From NCBI GenBank assembly GCA_963711565.1, contig CAVQEQ010000003.1:520958-584957 (forward strand): a stretch of 64,000 nt of DNA. Direction: 5' to 3'. The DNA is from an uncultured delta proteobacterium (GTDB lineage Bacteria > Desulfobacterota > Binatia > Binatales > Binataceae). Below the pieces are notes generated by a model. That model saw nothing but the letters and a program-made list of their open reading frames with translations, was not told the origin of the DNA and made no database searches. Positions 36,454-46,738 of the stretch are shown one piece after another. Both the position numbers and the translations under genes were made by a program. Numbering within the stretch: the first letter of the stretch is position 1; every line of letters begins with the position of its first letter.

Positions 36454-38064
36454 GTGGCAGCGACTATAGAACGTTCAATTCCTGTTAGCGGTGCGGTCAG
36501 CGACAAACTCGCGAGAAAAACGGGTACCGGCCCGATAATCATCTTCGGCTTGATTCTCGCCGCGGGCTTGTTCTATGTCGCCACCCACCTGATTTCCGAC
36601 CTCAGTGTCGAGAAGGCTACGACCATCCGCCCCTACATCATGCTCGCCGGCGCGCTGTTGATTGCGCTCGGCTTCGAGTTCGTTAACGGCTTCCACGACA
36701 CGGCCAATGCGGTTGCGACCGTGATTTATACGCACTCGATGGAGCCTCACATCGCGGTAGCATGGTCGGGGCTGTGCAACTTCGCCGGCGTGCTGATTTC
36801 CTCAGGCGCTGTAGCCTTCGGCATCTTGTCGTTGCTGCCGGTGGAACTGATCTTACAGGTCGGCAGCTCCGGCGGTTTCGCGATGGTGTTCGCGTTACTG
36901 GTCGCTGCGATGATCTGGAATCTCGGGACGTGGTACCTGGGCCTTCCGGCGTCGAGCTCGCACACGCTGATCGGATCGATCATAGGTGTAGGTATCGCCA
37001 ACCAGTTGATGGCCGTGAAGACGGGTACCAGCGGCGTCGATTGGGGGCAGGCCGCCAACATCGGCAAATCGCTGCTGGTTTCGCCGATAGTAGGATTCGC
37101 GGTAGCCGCCGGGCTGCTGCTGCTCTTTAAGGCGCTGATCACCGACAAGCGTTTGTACGAAGCTCCGGAGGGGACCGAGCCGCCGCCATTCTGGATTCGC
37201 GGCCTGCTCATTCTGACTTGCACTGCCGTGAGCTTCGCGCATGGATCGAACGACGGTCAGAAGGGCATGGGTCTCATCATGCTGATCCTGATAGGTCTCG
37301 TGCCGACAGCCTATGCGCTCAATCGCGCGGTGCCCGCGAGTGCTACCGCGGACTTCGTCGCGGTCTCGGCGCAGACTGTCAGTGTTCTCGACCAGCATGT
37401 TTCCGCGAGCGCGGTCGTTCCGGGAGATCCTCGCGACGTCGTGCAGGAATACATCCGCAGCAAGACTTTCACTCCCGACACGATGATGGCGCTGCGCCAG
37501 ATCGTGAACGACATCTCCAACGAACTGAAAATCTACAAGGCGATGGCGAATGTGCCGCCGCAGTACGCCCGCAACTTCCGCAATGACATGTACCTTACCA
37601 GCGAAGCCTTCCGGCTGATGAAGAAGCAGAATATCGCGGCTTTCACCGCCTCGGATTGGACCGCGCTCGACAACTACAAGAAGCACATCGACCTGGCGAC
37701 GAAGTTCATCCCCGGATGGGTGAAGGTCGCCGTCGCGATGGCGCTGGGACTCGGTACGATGGTCGGCTGGAAGCGAATCGTCGTGACCGTCGGCGAAAAA
37801 ATCGGCAAGGATCACCTGACCTACGGACAAGGAGCGGCTGCCGAGATCACCGCGGCGGCTACGATAGCCGCTGCCGACTGGTATGGGCTTCCTGTGAGTA
37901 CGACTCACGTGCTGTCATCGGGCGTCGCCGGCACGATGCTGGCCAACAAGTCCGGTCTGCAACTCGAAACGGTGCGCAACATCGCAATGGCCTGGATTCT
38001 GACGCTGCCCGCTTCGATCATGCTCGCGGCGTTCCTGTTCTGGCTGTTCCGCCATGCGTTCTAA
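36454..38064 (+). CDS. pit: Inorganic phosphate transporter, PiT family
   Basis: Duplicated PHO4 signatures GFHDTANAVAT and GSNDGQKGMG. Confidence 0.85.
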   Translation: MAATIERSIPVSGAVSDKLARKTGTGPIIIFGLILAAGLFYVATHLISDLSVEKATTIRPYIMLAGALLIALGFEFVNGFHDTANAVATVIYTHSMEPHIAVAWSGLCNFAGVLISSGAVAFGILSLLPVELILQVGSSGGFAMVFALLVAAMIWNLGTWYLGLPASSSHTLIGSIIGVGIANQLMAVKTGTSGVDWGQAANIGKSLLVSPIVGFAVAAGLLLLFKALITDKRLYEAPEGTEPPPFWIRGLLILTCTAVSFAHGSNDGQKGMGLIMLILIGLVPTAYALNRAVPASATADFVAVSAQTVSVLDQHVSASAVVPGDPRDVVQEYIRSKTFTPDTMMALRQIVNDISNELKIYKAMANVPPQYARNFRNDMYLTSEAFRLMKKQNIAAFTASDWTALDNYKKHIDLATKFIPGWVKVAVAMALGLGTMVGWKRIVVTVGEKIGKDHLTYGQGAAAEITAAATIAAADWYGLPVSTTHVLSSGVAGTMLANKSGLQLETVRNIAMAWILTLPASIMLAAFLFWLFRHAF

Positions 38065-38094
38065 GCGTCATCGGCGTGTGCTGGGGTAAATGAG

Positions 38095-38529
38095 ATGGCT
38101 TTCCCATTCAAACGAATTCTAGCTCCGGTGGACTTCGATCCAAGCTCGCTGATGGCACTGGAGTTTGCCGCGAAACTTGCCAAGCAAAATGACGGCACTG
38201 TCTTCGTCCTGCATATCGTGCCGGTCGATATGGACGTGACCGGGATGCCTCAGTACGTCGATCTCATCAAGCGCCAGGAGAGCCTCGATCGCGACAAGCT
38301 GACCGCGATCGCCAAGCAACATCTGGCGGAAGTGAAATGGGAGATTCTCGACCAGATGGGCGAGCCCGCGGACGTTATCGACGACGTCGCGACCAAGCTG
38401 CCCGCCGACTTGATCGTGATGGTCACCCATGGGCGGCGCGGGCTGGCGCGGCTGGTCGAAGGCAGCATCGCGGAGAAGGTGTTGCGCAACGCACCGTGCC
38501 CAGTCCTCGCTGTGCGCCAAGAACAATAG
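38095..38529 (+). CDS. Universal stress protein (UspA family)
   Basis: 144 aa. ILAPVDFDPSS at the N-terminus. ATP-binding-like C-terminus VMVTHGRRGLARLVEGSIAEKVLRNAPCPVL. Confidence 0.8.
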   Translation: MAFPFKRILAPVDFDPSSLMALEFAAKLAKQNDGTVFVLHIVPVDMDVTGMPQYVDLIKRQESLDRDKLTAIAKQHLAEVKWEILDQMGEPADVIDDVATKLPADLIVMVTHGRRGLARLVEGSIAEKVLRNAPCPVLAVRQEQ

Positions 38530-38583
38530 GACGCTTTTGCCGGATCGCCCTCTTCTCTTTTGGCGATTTGATTCCTACCGGGA

Positions 38584-39025
38584 CTATGCCGCCTTAAGTT
38601 CCGACGTGCAGTGGGGGCATCGCGTGGCGCCGATCGGGACCGCGCTCAGGCAATACGGACAGTCCTTGGTCGAGGGCGGCGCGGGCTTTTCGCCGACGAG
38701 GCGATTCACCCATTTGACGAGCAGGAAGACCGCGAACGCAATTATCAGGAAATCGATGATCGTGTTGAGGAACACACCGACGTTCAGAGTCGGGGCCCCC
38801 GCCGCTTTGGCGGCCGCCAGGCTGTCGTAGTGCTTCGACGAAAGATTGATGAACAGATTCGAGAAATCGACCGCGCCGAGCGCAAGGCCGATCGGCGGCA
38901 TCAGAATGTCGTTAGTGAACGAAGTGACGATTTTTCCGAATGCGGCGCCGACGACGAAGCCGACCGCGAGATCGATCACGTTGCCCTTGATTGCGAACTG
39001 CTTGAACTCCGAGAGTATCGACACG
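38584..39025 (-). CDS. mscL: Large-conductance mechanosensitive channel with C-terminal C4 zinc-ribbon extension
   Basis: [46 protein letters not shown] is near-identical to the canonical MscL N-terminus and TM1. GTG start with a GGAGGA RBS. The C-terminal tail [20 protein letters not shown] is a Cx2C...Cx2C ribbon. Confidence 0.8.
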
Positions 39026-39214
39026 ACGCATCCTCCGTTGATCGGTTTGAATTGGTGAGGAGCCCCGCCTACCAAAGCATCGCGGCGCGCTGAAGTAAAC
39101 GGGCGCGGCTCTGGTTCGCTCGGCGGTCGATTGACTTTGCGGAAATGCATCTGGTAGCCCGTTGGAGTATTCGCGTAGTAAGTTTCGAGAGGAGTCGCGC
39201 CGCGCTGAGCGGCT

Positions 39215-40186
39215 GTGACGGAGGAAGAATTCGTGGACAAGCATCCGATTCGTTTCGGAGTTCAGACCGGACAACAGAACATCGAGTGGGAACAACTGCG
39301 CAGCTTCTGGGCGAAGGCTGATGGCTGGGGCTACGATTCGCTGTGGGTGTTCGATCATTTCTATCCCATCTTCTCGCCCGACCCGGCGGGCCCATGCATG
39401 GAAGGCTGGACGCTGCTGAGCGCTCTCAGTCAGCACACCAAGCGCGCGCGAATTGGCGCGCTGGTCAACGGCAATACCTATCGCAACCCGTCGCTCACCG
39501 CGAAGATGGCGGCGACGCTCGACAACCTCAGCGGCGGCAGGCTCAATCTCGGACTCGGTGCGGGATGGTTCGAAGCGGAGCATCGGAGCCTCGGCTTCGA
39601 TTTCAAGACTCTTGGCGGTCGGCTGAATGCGCTCGACGAGTCGTGCCAAATAATCAAGGGAATGCTCACGCAGGAGAAAACCACGCTGCACGGCAAGCAT
39701 TACAACGTGGTCAACGCGATCTGTAATCCGAAGCCGATCCAGAAAAATCTGCCGCTTATGATCGGCGGTCATGGCGAGAAGGTGCTGCTGAAGATCGTGG
39801 CCAAGCATGCGGACATGTGGAACATGGGCAACGCCGATGCCGCGGAAATGAAACGGCTCATCGGCGTGATCGAGCGCCACGGCGATACGGTGGGCCGCAA
39901 CACTGACGAAATCGAAAAGACCTTGATGCTCGCGCTGTGCTACAAGGCGCCCAAGCAGCGCGAGGAAACGCTTTCATCGATCGTCGCGATGATGGCGCAG
40001 ACGACGCCCGACCGAGCACGCGAGATGATGGTTATCGGCAACAAGCAGGAGTGCGTGGACAAGCTCGAGCGCTACATCAAGGCGGGCGTGACGCATTTCA
40101 TCTTTCTGCACAACCCGCCGATAACCGCCGAAGAGGATATCCAGGCCTTCGCCGAGGACATCATCCCGCAGTTCCACTCGAGCTGA
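39215..40186 (+). CDS. Luciferase-like monooxygenase (LLM) class flavin/F420-dependent oxidoreductase
   Basis: TIM-barrel LLM pattern [10 protein letters not shown]....DSLWVFDH. Conserved [12 protein letters not shown]. Confidence 0.65.
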   Translation: MTEEEFVDKHPIRFGVQTGQQNIEWEQLRSFWAKADGWGYDSLWVFDHFYPIFSPDPAGPCMEGWTLLSALSQHTKRARIGALVNGNTYRNPSLTAKMAATLDNLSGGRLNLGLGAGWFEAEHRSLGFDFKTLGGRLNALDESCQIIKGMLTQEKTTLHGKHYNVVNAICNPKPIQKNLPLMIGGHGEKVLLKIVAKHADMWNMGNADAAEMKRLIGVIERHGDTVGRNTDEIEKTLMLALCYKAPKQREETLSSIVAMMAQTTPDRAREMMVIGNKQECVDKLERYIKAGVTHFIFLHNPPITAEEDIQAFAEDIIPQFHSS

Positions 40187-40196
40187 ATTTCCGGAC

Positions 40197-42811
40197 TCAC
40201 TTCCCGGTCCCTTGCAACTCGATCGTCTGGTTCGCGTTTGCCGCGTTGTCATAAATGGTCACGGTGGAGAACATCGGACCCGGCAGAGACGGAGCGAACA
40301 GCACGGTAAGCTTGCACTTCTTTTTGGGTAAGAGCTGCGCGGGACAGTTCGTGGCAAACCCGAATTCCTGCGGGCTCGTCAACGGGACCGCCGCCGGCGG
40401 ATTGCCGAACGTGATCGGCGATCCGTGCTTGGCCGGATTGCTGATCTTGACCGTTACGCTTGCTACATGCCCGACTTTCACTTTGCCGAAATTTACTGAA
40501 GTAGGTTTAACCTTCAGCGACTCGGGTACTCCCGTAGGCGTCGATGTAGGCGTTGCAGTCGGCGTGAGAGTCGGAGCCCCTCCGGTCGGCGTCGCGGTTG
40601 GAGTTGGAGTCGCGCCCGTCGACGTCGCGGTTGGCGTTGGCGTCGGCGTCGATGTCGGCGCGGTCGCGCCGAATGCCATCACGAGATTGTACGCGTTGAC
40701 GGTTCCGATGCCGGTCGCGAAGTCCCATCCGGTGCCCGTCGGATACGCGGGCGCAAACTCGGAGTCAGAGGTTGACAGCACGCCATTCTTGCCGGACGGC
40801 GTGTAACAGTTATGCGAACCGGTGCACGGCACGTCGATGTCGCCCTGCGTCACGTCGTAAAAGATGCACGAACCGGCCGCGCCATTGCCCAGCGTCGAGC
40901 TACAGGAGGCCGCGCCGCCTGCGCCATACTCCGCATCGGCCAGCGCGTAGTACGTCGGATTGGGATTGCCTTGCCGGCTTCCGGTTTTTTGATTTATCAG
41001 CGACTGAATGCCCGCCATTATCGGCGAGGCGAATGACGTCCCGCCGAAACCCGCCCAAGTGCTTGGCGCACCGGTGCAAGGCGCGCCGTAATAGCCCGGC
41101 GTCGGGTCGGAATAGCAGATCACGTAGTAGTGATTCCAAACGCCGTCAGCCGCGAACAGCGATACGTCAGGCACGTCGCGCACGCCGTCGTGAGGGTTGC
41201 CGACTATCGATTGCCAGCTGGGTTTTGCGTAACCCGCGCAGCTTCCGCCGACGACGCCGCTGCTCGACGGCGAGCCCGTGGCGCATCCGCTCGGGCCGCC
41301 GCTGCCAGCGACGACCTCCAGGAAATCGTCTTTGCCTGTGGTGCTATTGCAGAAGCCGCTCGAGCCGTACGCGGTGCCATAGCCGCGGTAGTTGTCGATT
41401 AACGCGCTCGCACACGAGTCGTTCCATGGAATTTCCGGAACGTACGAAAGCGCGGATTCGTAATCGGGACTGTTGGAGTCGCTCCAGTAGGAGCTGTTGC
41501 TGTTTGCGTAAGTATCGCCGAAATCGGTGCCGCCGACCGAGACGTTATACGGCGTCGAGGTGAAGCCGCTGACTCCGATGCCGTGCGACGCTGTAGCATT
41601 ATCTGCATCAGAGCTCGCGGCGCCCTCGTCGCCCGACGCCACAAACACCGATACACCCTCGCCAACAGCCTGCTGATACAACGAATTGATGTACGCGTTT
41701 TGCGTCGCGCCGTCGTCCGCCTCCGACTGGCCGTAACTGATGCTGATGATGGCCGGTGGCGTGTCCGATTCATTGAGCAGATTCGTCATCGCGATGAATC
41801 CGCCGAAGGTGGTCTTGGTGTCGGCGCACGCAGCCACCTCGATTGCGGCGTTCGGCGCGGCCGCGCTCGACCATTCCGCGTCGATCTCGGCCTCACCGTC
41901 GGCGTCATTTATTCCGGGGTCGGAGCAGCCATCCGGATGAAGCTGGCTGAGCGAGCCCTCGGGGTAGGCGCTCGCAAGTCCCATCACGTTGCGAAACGTG
42001 GTCCAGTCGGAGGTCTTGTAAAGGTCGCTGTCCTCGAGCACGACGATCGTCTGTCCCTGGCCGGAATAACCCGCGGTGAACAGTGGATTGAAATTGTAGA
42101 TGGTCGCGAGGTCAGCCGGCACCACCAGGTTCGCCTGCTCGCCATCGACATTGACGGTGTAGGCGGGACGCGGACGGTTCATCGCGTGCGGCCGGAAGTC
42201 GTTGAGCGACACCACGCCGGCCACCGCCGCGCCAGCGCCGCGGGAATTTGCGGGTCACTCATGTTGGCGATATGCGCGGCGCCATTCACCGTGAGATTGT
42301 GAATCTCAGTGTGGAAGGCCTCGCGCACATTGCCGGCGTTGCCCGAGAAATCGATCATCATTCCGTTTTGATAAGTGCGGTTGACGGTCAGGCGGTGCGC
42401 TTGAAGCCAGCCCGCGATCTTCGCGAGATCCTGTTGGGCAAGTCCGAAGCGATCGCCGAACTCCTGTGCCGTCAGCCACTGATGGTAGTTCGGCGACTTG
42501 GGATCCTCGAGCTCATCGAGAAATTTTTCGAGCGCACTCTCCTGCGCGGGAGAGCGTCGCAACTGGAGGATCATGTGCTCGAGCGGGAAGTCGGCGGCAA
42601 CCGGGCCGCGGTCATTGGCCGCGGTCGCTTCGGGACGCGTATTACCGGCGAGCGTGACCAGTGCATTCTCATCGATGGCGGCGGTGATGAGGGGCTGCGT
42701 TCCCGCACCCGCACTGAAGGCGGCACGGCCGCAGGTAAGCAGTATCAGGGCGCCGACGGCGACGAGACTCGCGCGTTTGAGGTGCTTTTTCGCTGATTGC
42801 ACTCCCGACAC
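40197..42811 (-). pseudogene. Secreted S53 (sedolisin/kumamolisin-type) serine peptidase with pro-domain, PT-rich linker and C-terminal Ig-like domain; coding frame broken once between ~42182 and 42254
   Basis: The upstream frame (42811-42179) encodes a signal peptide and the pro-kumamolisin activation domain. The downstream frame (42224-40197) encodes the catalytic domain (SISYGQSE, SGDEGA, GGTSFASP). The two frames overlap by ~70 nt with no slippery motif. This is either an authentic frameshift or an indel error. Confidence 0.6.
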
Positions 42812-43048
42812 ACCAATACGCTACGAACAAAATCGAACTATGAAGCCGTTACGTGAGATGACGTTGTGCTTGAGATGGCACTTGCGGCCATGCCCGCGTT
42901 TGCCGCAGCCACAACCGTTCCAAACATGATTGCTGCCGAAAGGATAGCAGCAAATATGAAGCCGGCGGTATTCATTGCATTCCTCTAACAGGAATACGCA
43001 GGGCGGAGCGGCCGGTTACGCCAAAAAAAGGTGCTATCTGCTTGGCGA

Positions 43049-43969
43049 TTATGCGGCTTTCACTATCAGATCGTCCGGGTCGGGCCGATTGCCCCTACTT
43101 CCGCTATGCGGAGTGCCGTGGCGAACGTCCGTAGCGAGGCCCAGTTTCTCGAGCGCCAGTATCAGCATGTAGCCGGCGTCGGGCTGGCGCCAGCTCCATC
43201 CGAGGCGTGCGGAACCGGGGCGCGCGTGATGGTTGCGATGCCAGTTCTCGCCCTGGAACAGATGCATCAGCGCGAGCCATGTTACGTTGCGGCTCGAATC
43301 CTCGCCCGCCTCGACGCCCGGTTCGGTGTGGCAAACGCTGTTGACGAAACACTGCGCGTGCAATCCGAAGCACAAACGAATCGCGCCCAGCCAGAAAAAC
43401 GCGGCGGGGCTGAAATACAAACCGCCGAGATACGACAGCGTCAGGATCGGCGTCTGGAACCATCGCCAGGCGCGATACGAAACGCCGCTCAAATCGGGGC
43501 AGTAGCGATCGATAGGCGGCTCGCCCGCCTGCCATAGCCATCGCAGATGCGCCCACCAGAAACCGCCCCAGCGCGGGCTCGAGATGTCTTCCGGGGTGTC
43601 AGCCTTGGCGTGATGCAGCCGATGGCCGGCGGCCCACGTGGTCGGCGCGCCGGAGCCGTTGAACATCGCAAGAAAAATAAGGACGCCGCGCGCCCACGGA
43701 TTCAGCGTGAGCGAGCGATGCGCGATCGCGCGATGGTACCCGACCGTGGTGCCCAGCCCGCCGAGGAACACGAGCGCCACCGCGCCCAGAAAGATCGGCC
43801 AGCCGGGAAGCGGATAGAGCACAAGCCCGATCGCGGCGGTAATATGAATGAGGAGAACCCAGCCCAGTATTGCAATGTCGCGCTTGCCGGCGTGCCACCA
43901 TGGCTGCCTCCACGGCGCGGTCTTCATGATTTGTTCGGTTGTGCTCGTCGGCGTGAAAGCTGCTGCCAT
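43049..43969 (-). CDS. Membrane fatty-acid desaturase (acyl-CoA/acyl-lipid Delta9-type)
   Basis: Three His boxes HRAIAHRS, HRLHH and HRNHH, with 4 TM helices. ATG at 43969 with a GGAGAG RBS. Confidence 0.75.
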   Translation of the reverse strand: MAAAFTPTSTTEQIMKTAPWRQPWWHAGKRDIAILGWVLLIHITAAIGLVLYPLPGWPIFLGAVALVFLGGLGTTVGYHRAIAHRSLTLNPWARGVLIFLAMFNGSGAPTTWAAGHRLHHAKADTPEDISSPRWGGFWWAHLRWLWQAGEPPIDRYCPDLSGVSYRAWRWFQTPILTLSYLGGLYFSPAAFFWLGAIRLCFGLHAQCFVNSVCHTEPGVEAGEDSSRNVTWLALMHLFQGENWHRNHHARPGSARLGWSWRQPDAGYMLILALEKLGLATDVRHGTPHSGSRGNRPDPDDLIVKAA

Positions 43970-44333
43970 TCGTCTCTCCAGCGATCGTATTTTGCCCACA
44001 CCAACACCCGCGCCTGTTTGGCTGCACGGATGATGATGCTTCCGGCTGCAGGGCGCGCGTGCTTGCGCGCTTCCAGCTGCCGCCAGCATCAGCACATTTT
44101 CACTTCTAACCGGGATGCCTTCGATTCTAAGGCGGGGGGCTGAATGTGCTTGCCGTCGCGGACTGTGACATTACAGGATACAGACGCCGCGCGCTACAAG
44201 CGATTGCACCAACACAGTTACGTGCGTGTTATGAACTTTGCCCAGTGTGCCCCAAAGAACATCGCGAGATCAGCGCCACGAATCGCAATTGGATTCCAAG
44301 CTGCGCGCTTTGTCATTGCCGGATGCGTGCGAT

Positions 44334-45236
44334 ATGAGTCGGGCCACTATGCCATCGCAAATTAAGAGTCGAGTCGTACGCGCGTCGAATATGAATTTCA
44401 CGGTGCTCGAGATGGGCGACTCAGGAAATCCGCTCGTCCTGTGCCTGCACGGCTTTCCCGACACCGCGCATTCGTTTCGCCATCAGATGCCCGCGCTAGC
44501 GGCGGCGGGATACCACTGCGTCGCGCCGTTCATGCGCGGCTACGCACCGACCGAGCCCGCGCCCGACGGCCGCTACGATTCGGCGGCGTTGTCGGAGGAC
44601 GCGCTCGCGCTGATCGCCGCGCTCGGGTACAAGGACGCGATCGTGTTCGGTCACGACTGGGGCGCAGTCGCGGCATACGGCGCCGCGGCCGCCGCGCCCG
44701 ATCGCGTCAGCAAGCTGATCACGGCGGCAGTCGGGTACGGCTCCGGATTTTTCGAGGCGCTGGTCACCAACTACGCGCAGCAGCGCCGCTCCTGGTACAT
44801 GTTTTTCTTCCAGACCAAGATTGCCGAGGCCGCGGTCAGCCTCAACGACTTCGCCTTCCTCGAAAAGATGTGGGCCGACTGGTCGCCGGGATGGAAATGG
44901 GCGCCCGAGGACATGGAAGCGCTCAAGCAATCCTTCCGCGCCAAGGGCACGCTCGAAGCGGCGCTCGGCTACTATCGCGCGACGCTCGGCCCGGTGCTGA
45001 GCATGCCGGTCGATCTGAAAATGCTGGCGCCCGCGATGAACGTACCGATCAATGTGCCCGCCCTGATGTTCCACGGCCGCGACGACGGCTGCATCGGCGC
45101 CGAAACGCTCGCGGGGATGGAGAAGCTGTTCACGAAGGGCTTGAAGATCGAGCTGGTACCCGACGCGGGCCATTTCGTGCACCAAGAGCGCCCCGATCAC
45201 GTGAACGAGCTGATGCTGAAGTTCCTGAAGTTGTGA
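44334..45236 (+). CDS. Alpha/beta-hydrolase (epoxide hydrolase/haloalkane dehalogenase-like)
   Basis: HGFPDTAHSF (HGxP oxyanion motif). Nucleophile elbow FGHDWGA. C-terminal His region. Start uncertain; 44391 is an alternative. Confidence 0.7.
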   Translation: MSRATMPSQIKSRVVRASNMNFTVLEMGDSGNPLVLCLHGFPDTAHSFRHQMPALAAAGYHCVAPFMRGYAPTEPAPDGRYDSAALSEDALALIAALGYKDAIVFGHDWGAVAAYGAAAAAPDRVSKLITAAVGYGSGFFEALVTNYAQQRRSWYMFFFQTKIAEAAVSLNDFAFLEKMWADWSPGWKWAPEDMEALKQSFRAKGTLEAALGYYRATLGPVLSMPVDLKMLAPAMNVPINVPALMFHGRDDGCIGAETLAGMEKLFTKGLKIELVPDAGHFVHQERPDHVNELMLKFLKL

Positions 45237-45292
45237 AACTTTACGGCCCGGTCTGTTGATATTTTATATAGCCCTATGCATAATGAATACAG

Positions 45293-45847
45293 GTGGACAA
45301 CGCCAACCAGCGATTAACCCCGGAAATGTGCCGAGCCGGCCGCGCTCTCCTGCGCATCAGCCAGGCCAAGTTGGCGCAGAGGGCGGGAGTATCCAGGCTG
45401 ACGGTCGCTCATTTTGAAGGCGAGGCAAGCAGACCAATTCAGGTGAGTCTTGCCGCAATCCGATCTGCCCTTGAGTCCTCCGGCGTTGCCCTGCTTCCGG
45501 GTGGTGCAGTGTTGCTCGAGCCGGCCACCTCAGCGGTCCCGGTTCGCTCTCAGAAAGTTTCCGAAGTACTAGAAATCTTCCTGGCTGCCGCGCCGCGCCT
45601 TCGAGAACTCGGCGTCAGGCACCTCTCCCTTTTCGGCTCGGTAGCGCGCGGTACGCAGCGGTCTGACAGCGATGTCGATCTGATCCTCGATCTCGACGAG
45701 CAGCGAAGAATTGATCTGCTTGACTACGCGGGAATTATCGCTGAGATCCAGAAACTCGTTCCGCAACGAGTAGACGTCGCCCTCCGCAAGTCGCTCAAAT
45801 CTCACGTTGCGCGAGATGCTCTCCGAGAAGAAATCCGTGTCTTCTAG
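45293..45847 (+). CDS. mntA: HTH (XRE-like) plus minimal nucleotidyltransferase (MntA-type antitoxin) fusion protein
   Basis: N-terminal HTH LLRISQAKLAQRAGVSRLTVAHFE. C-terminal Pol-beta NTase motif LFGSVARGTQRSDSDVDL. It overlaps the downstream HEPN gene. Confidence 0.6.
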   Translation: MDNANQRLTPEMCRAGRALLRISQAKLAQRAGVSRLTVAHFEGEASRPIQVSLAAIRSALESSGVALLPGGAVLLEPATSAVPVRSQKVSEVLEIFLAAAPRLRELGVRHLSLFGSVARGTQRSDSDVDLILDLDEQRRIDLLDYAGIIAEIQKLVPQRVDVALRKSLKSHVARDALREEIRVF

Positions 45848-46184
45848 CGACCCCGAACAACGCCTGCGCGACATCCTCGACAACATTTTACGGATTCGCT
45901 CCTACACCGAAGGTATGGGAGCGCCTCAACTGGCAGCCGACCGAAAAACGCAAGATGCGGTCGAGCGGTGCCTGGAACGAATCTGCGAGGCCGCGCGAAA
46001 ACTCGGCGATACGCTCGACGCCAAATATCCGGAGGCCGAATTTCCAAAGCTCCGTCAACTCGGCAGCGTGCTGAGACATGACTACGACTATATAGATGCG
46101 GATATGCTTTGGCGCTCCGTCACCGAACGCCTGGACCCACTCGAACACGCTTGTCGAACCGAGCTCGGCGAGAATCCGCAATGA
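45839..46184 (+). CDS. hepT: HepT-like HEPN toxin (DUF86)
   Basis: Rx4-6H HEPN motif within LRHDYDYID. Size and gene order (NTase then HEPN) fit MntA/HepT pairs. Start uncertain (GTG 45839 or ATG 45807). Confidence 0.55.
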
Positions 46185-46211
46185 CCACTCGATCCTGAAG
46201 TTCTTGAAATT

Positions 46212-46583
46212 CTAACGAGATCGGCTTTCGCTTACGATGTAGCCGCGGAACATCGCCTGCGCGTTCATCGCGGGGCGGTATTCTGAAATCGAGCGCGAGC
46301 CGAGCTGGTCCTCATTCCACACCGCGTGTGGCGTGCCGGCCGGAATGACCATCACCCTGCCCCGCTCCAACACGAACTCCTTTCCCGCAACGCGGCACCG
46401 CACGGTACCCTCGACGACTTCCAGCCGCTCCTCCTGATGCGTGTGTATATGATCCCGCGGCGGCGTCGAGACGACACGCGCGATGTACTCGCATCGGAAG
46501 AATTCGCCGGCAGTCTCCTCCGCCGACTTGAGGACGATCACTCGATCTTGCATTGCAGGACGTTCCGAGACCTGAGTCGCCAT
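46212..46583 (-). CDS. Cupin-domain protein
   Basis: 123 aa with a conserved cupin two-motif region (HTHQEERLEVVEGTV... PAGTPH). Confidence 0.55.
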   Translation of the reverse strand: MATQVSERPAMQDRVIVLKSAEETAGEFFRCEYIARVVSTPPRDHIHTHQEERLEVVEGTVRCRVAGKEFVLERGRVMVIPAGTPHAVWNEDQLGSRSISEYRPAMNAQAMFRGYIVSESRSR

Positions 46584-46738
46584 GATCCTTCTCCTTCGCC
46601 GAATGCTGTGTGAGGAGAAAATTTACCATCGCATCGCGGATGAACCGGAGCGTGACTGCTGACAGCCGTCTGTCAGGAGGATCGGGCGACGCGAGGATTA
46701 CCGGCGAGATCCTGACAGCGTACTGTCAGGAGCGTCGC

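Noticed and set aside
42182-42254. Programmed -1 ribosomal frameshift in the S53 peptidase
   Set aside because: The overlap region has no X_XXY_YYZ slippery heptamer and no downstream pseudoknot-like structure. A mutational or sequencing indel is more parsimonious.
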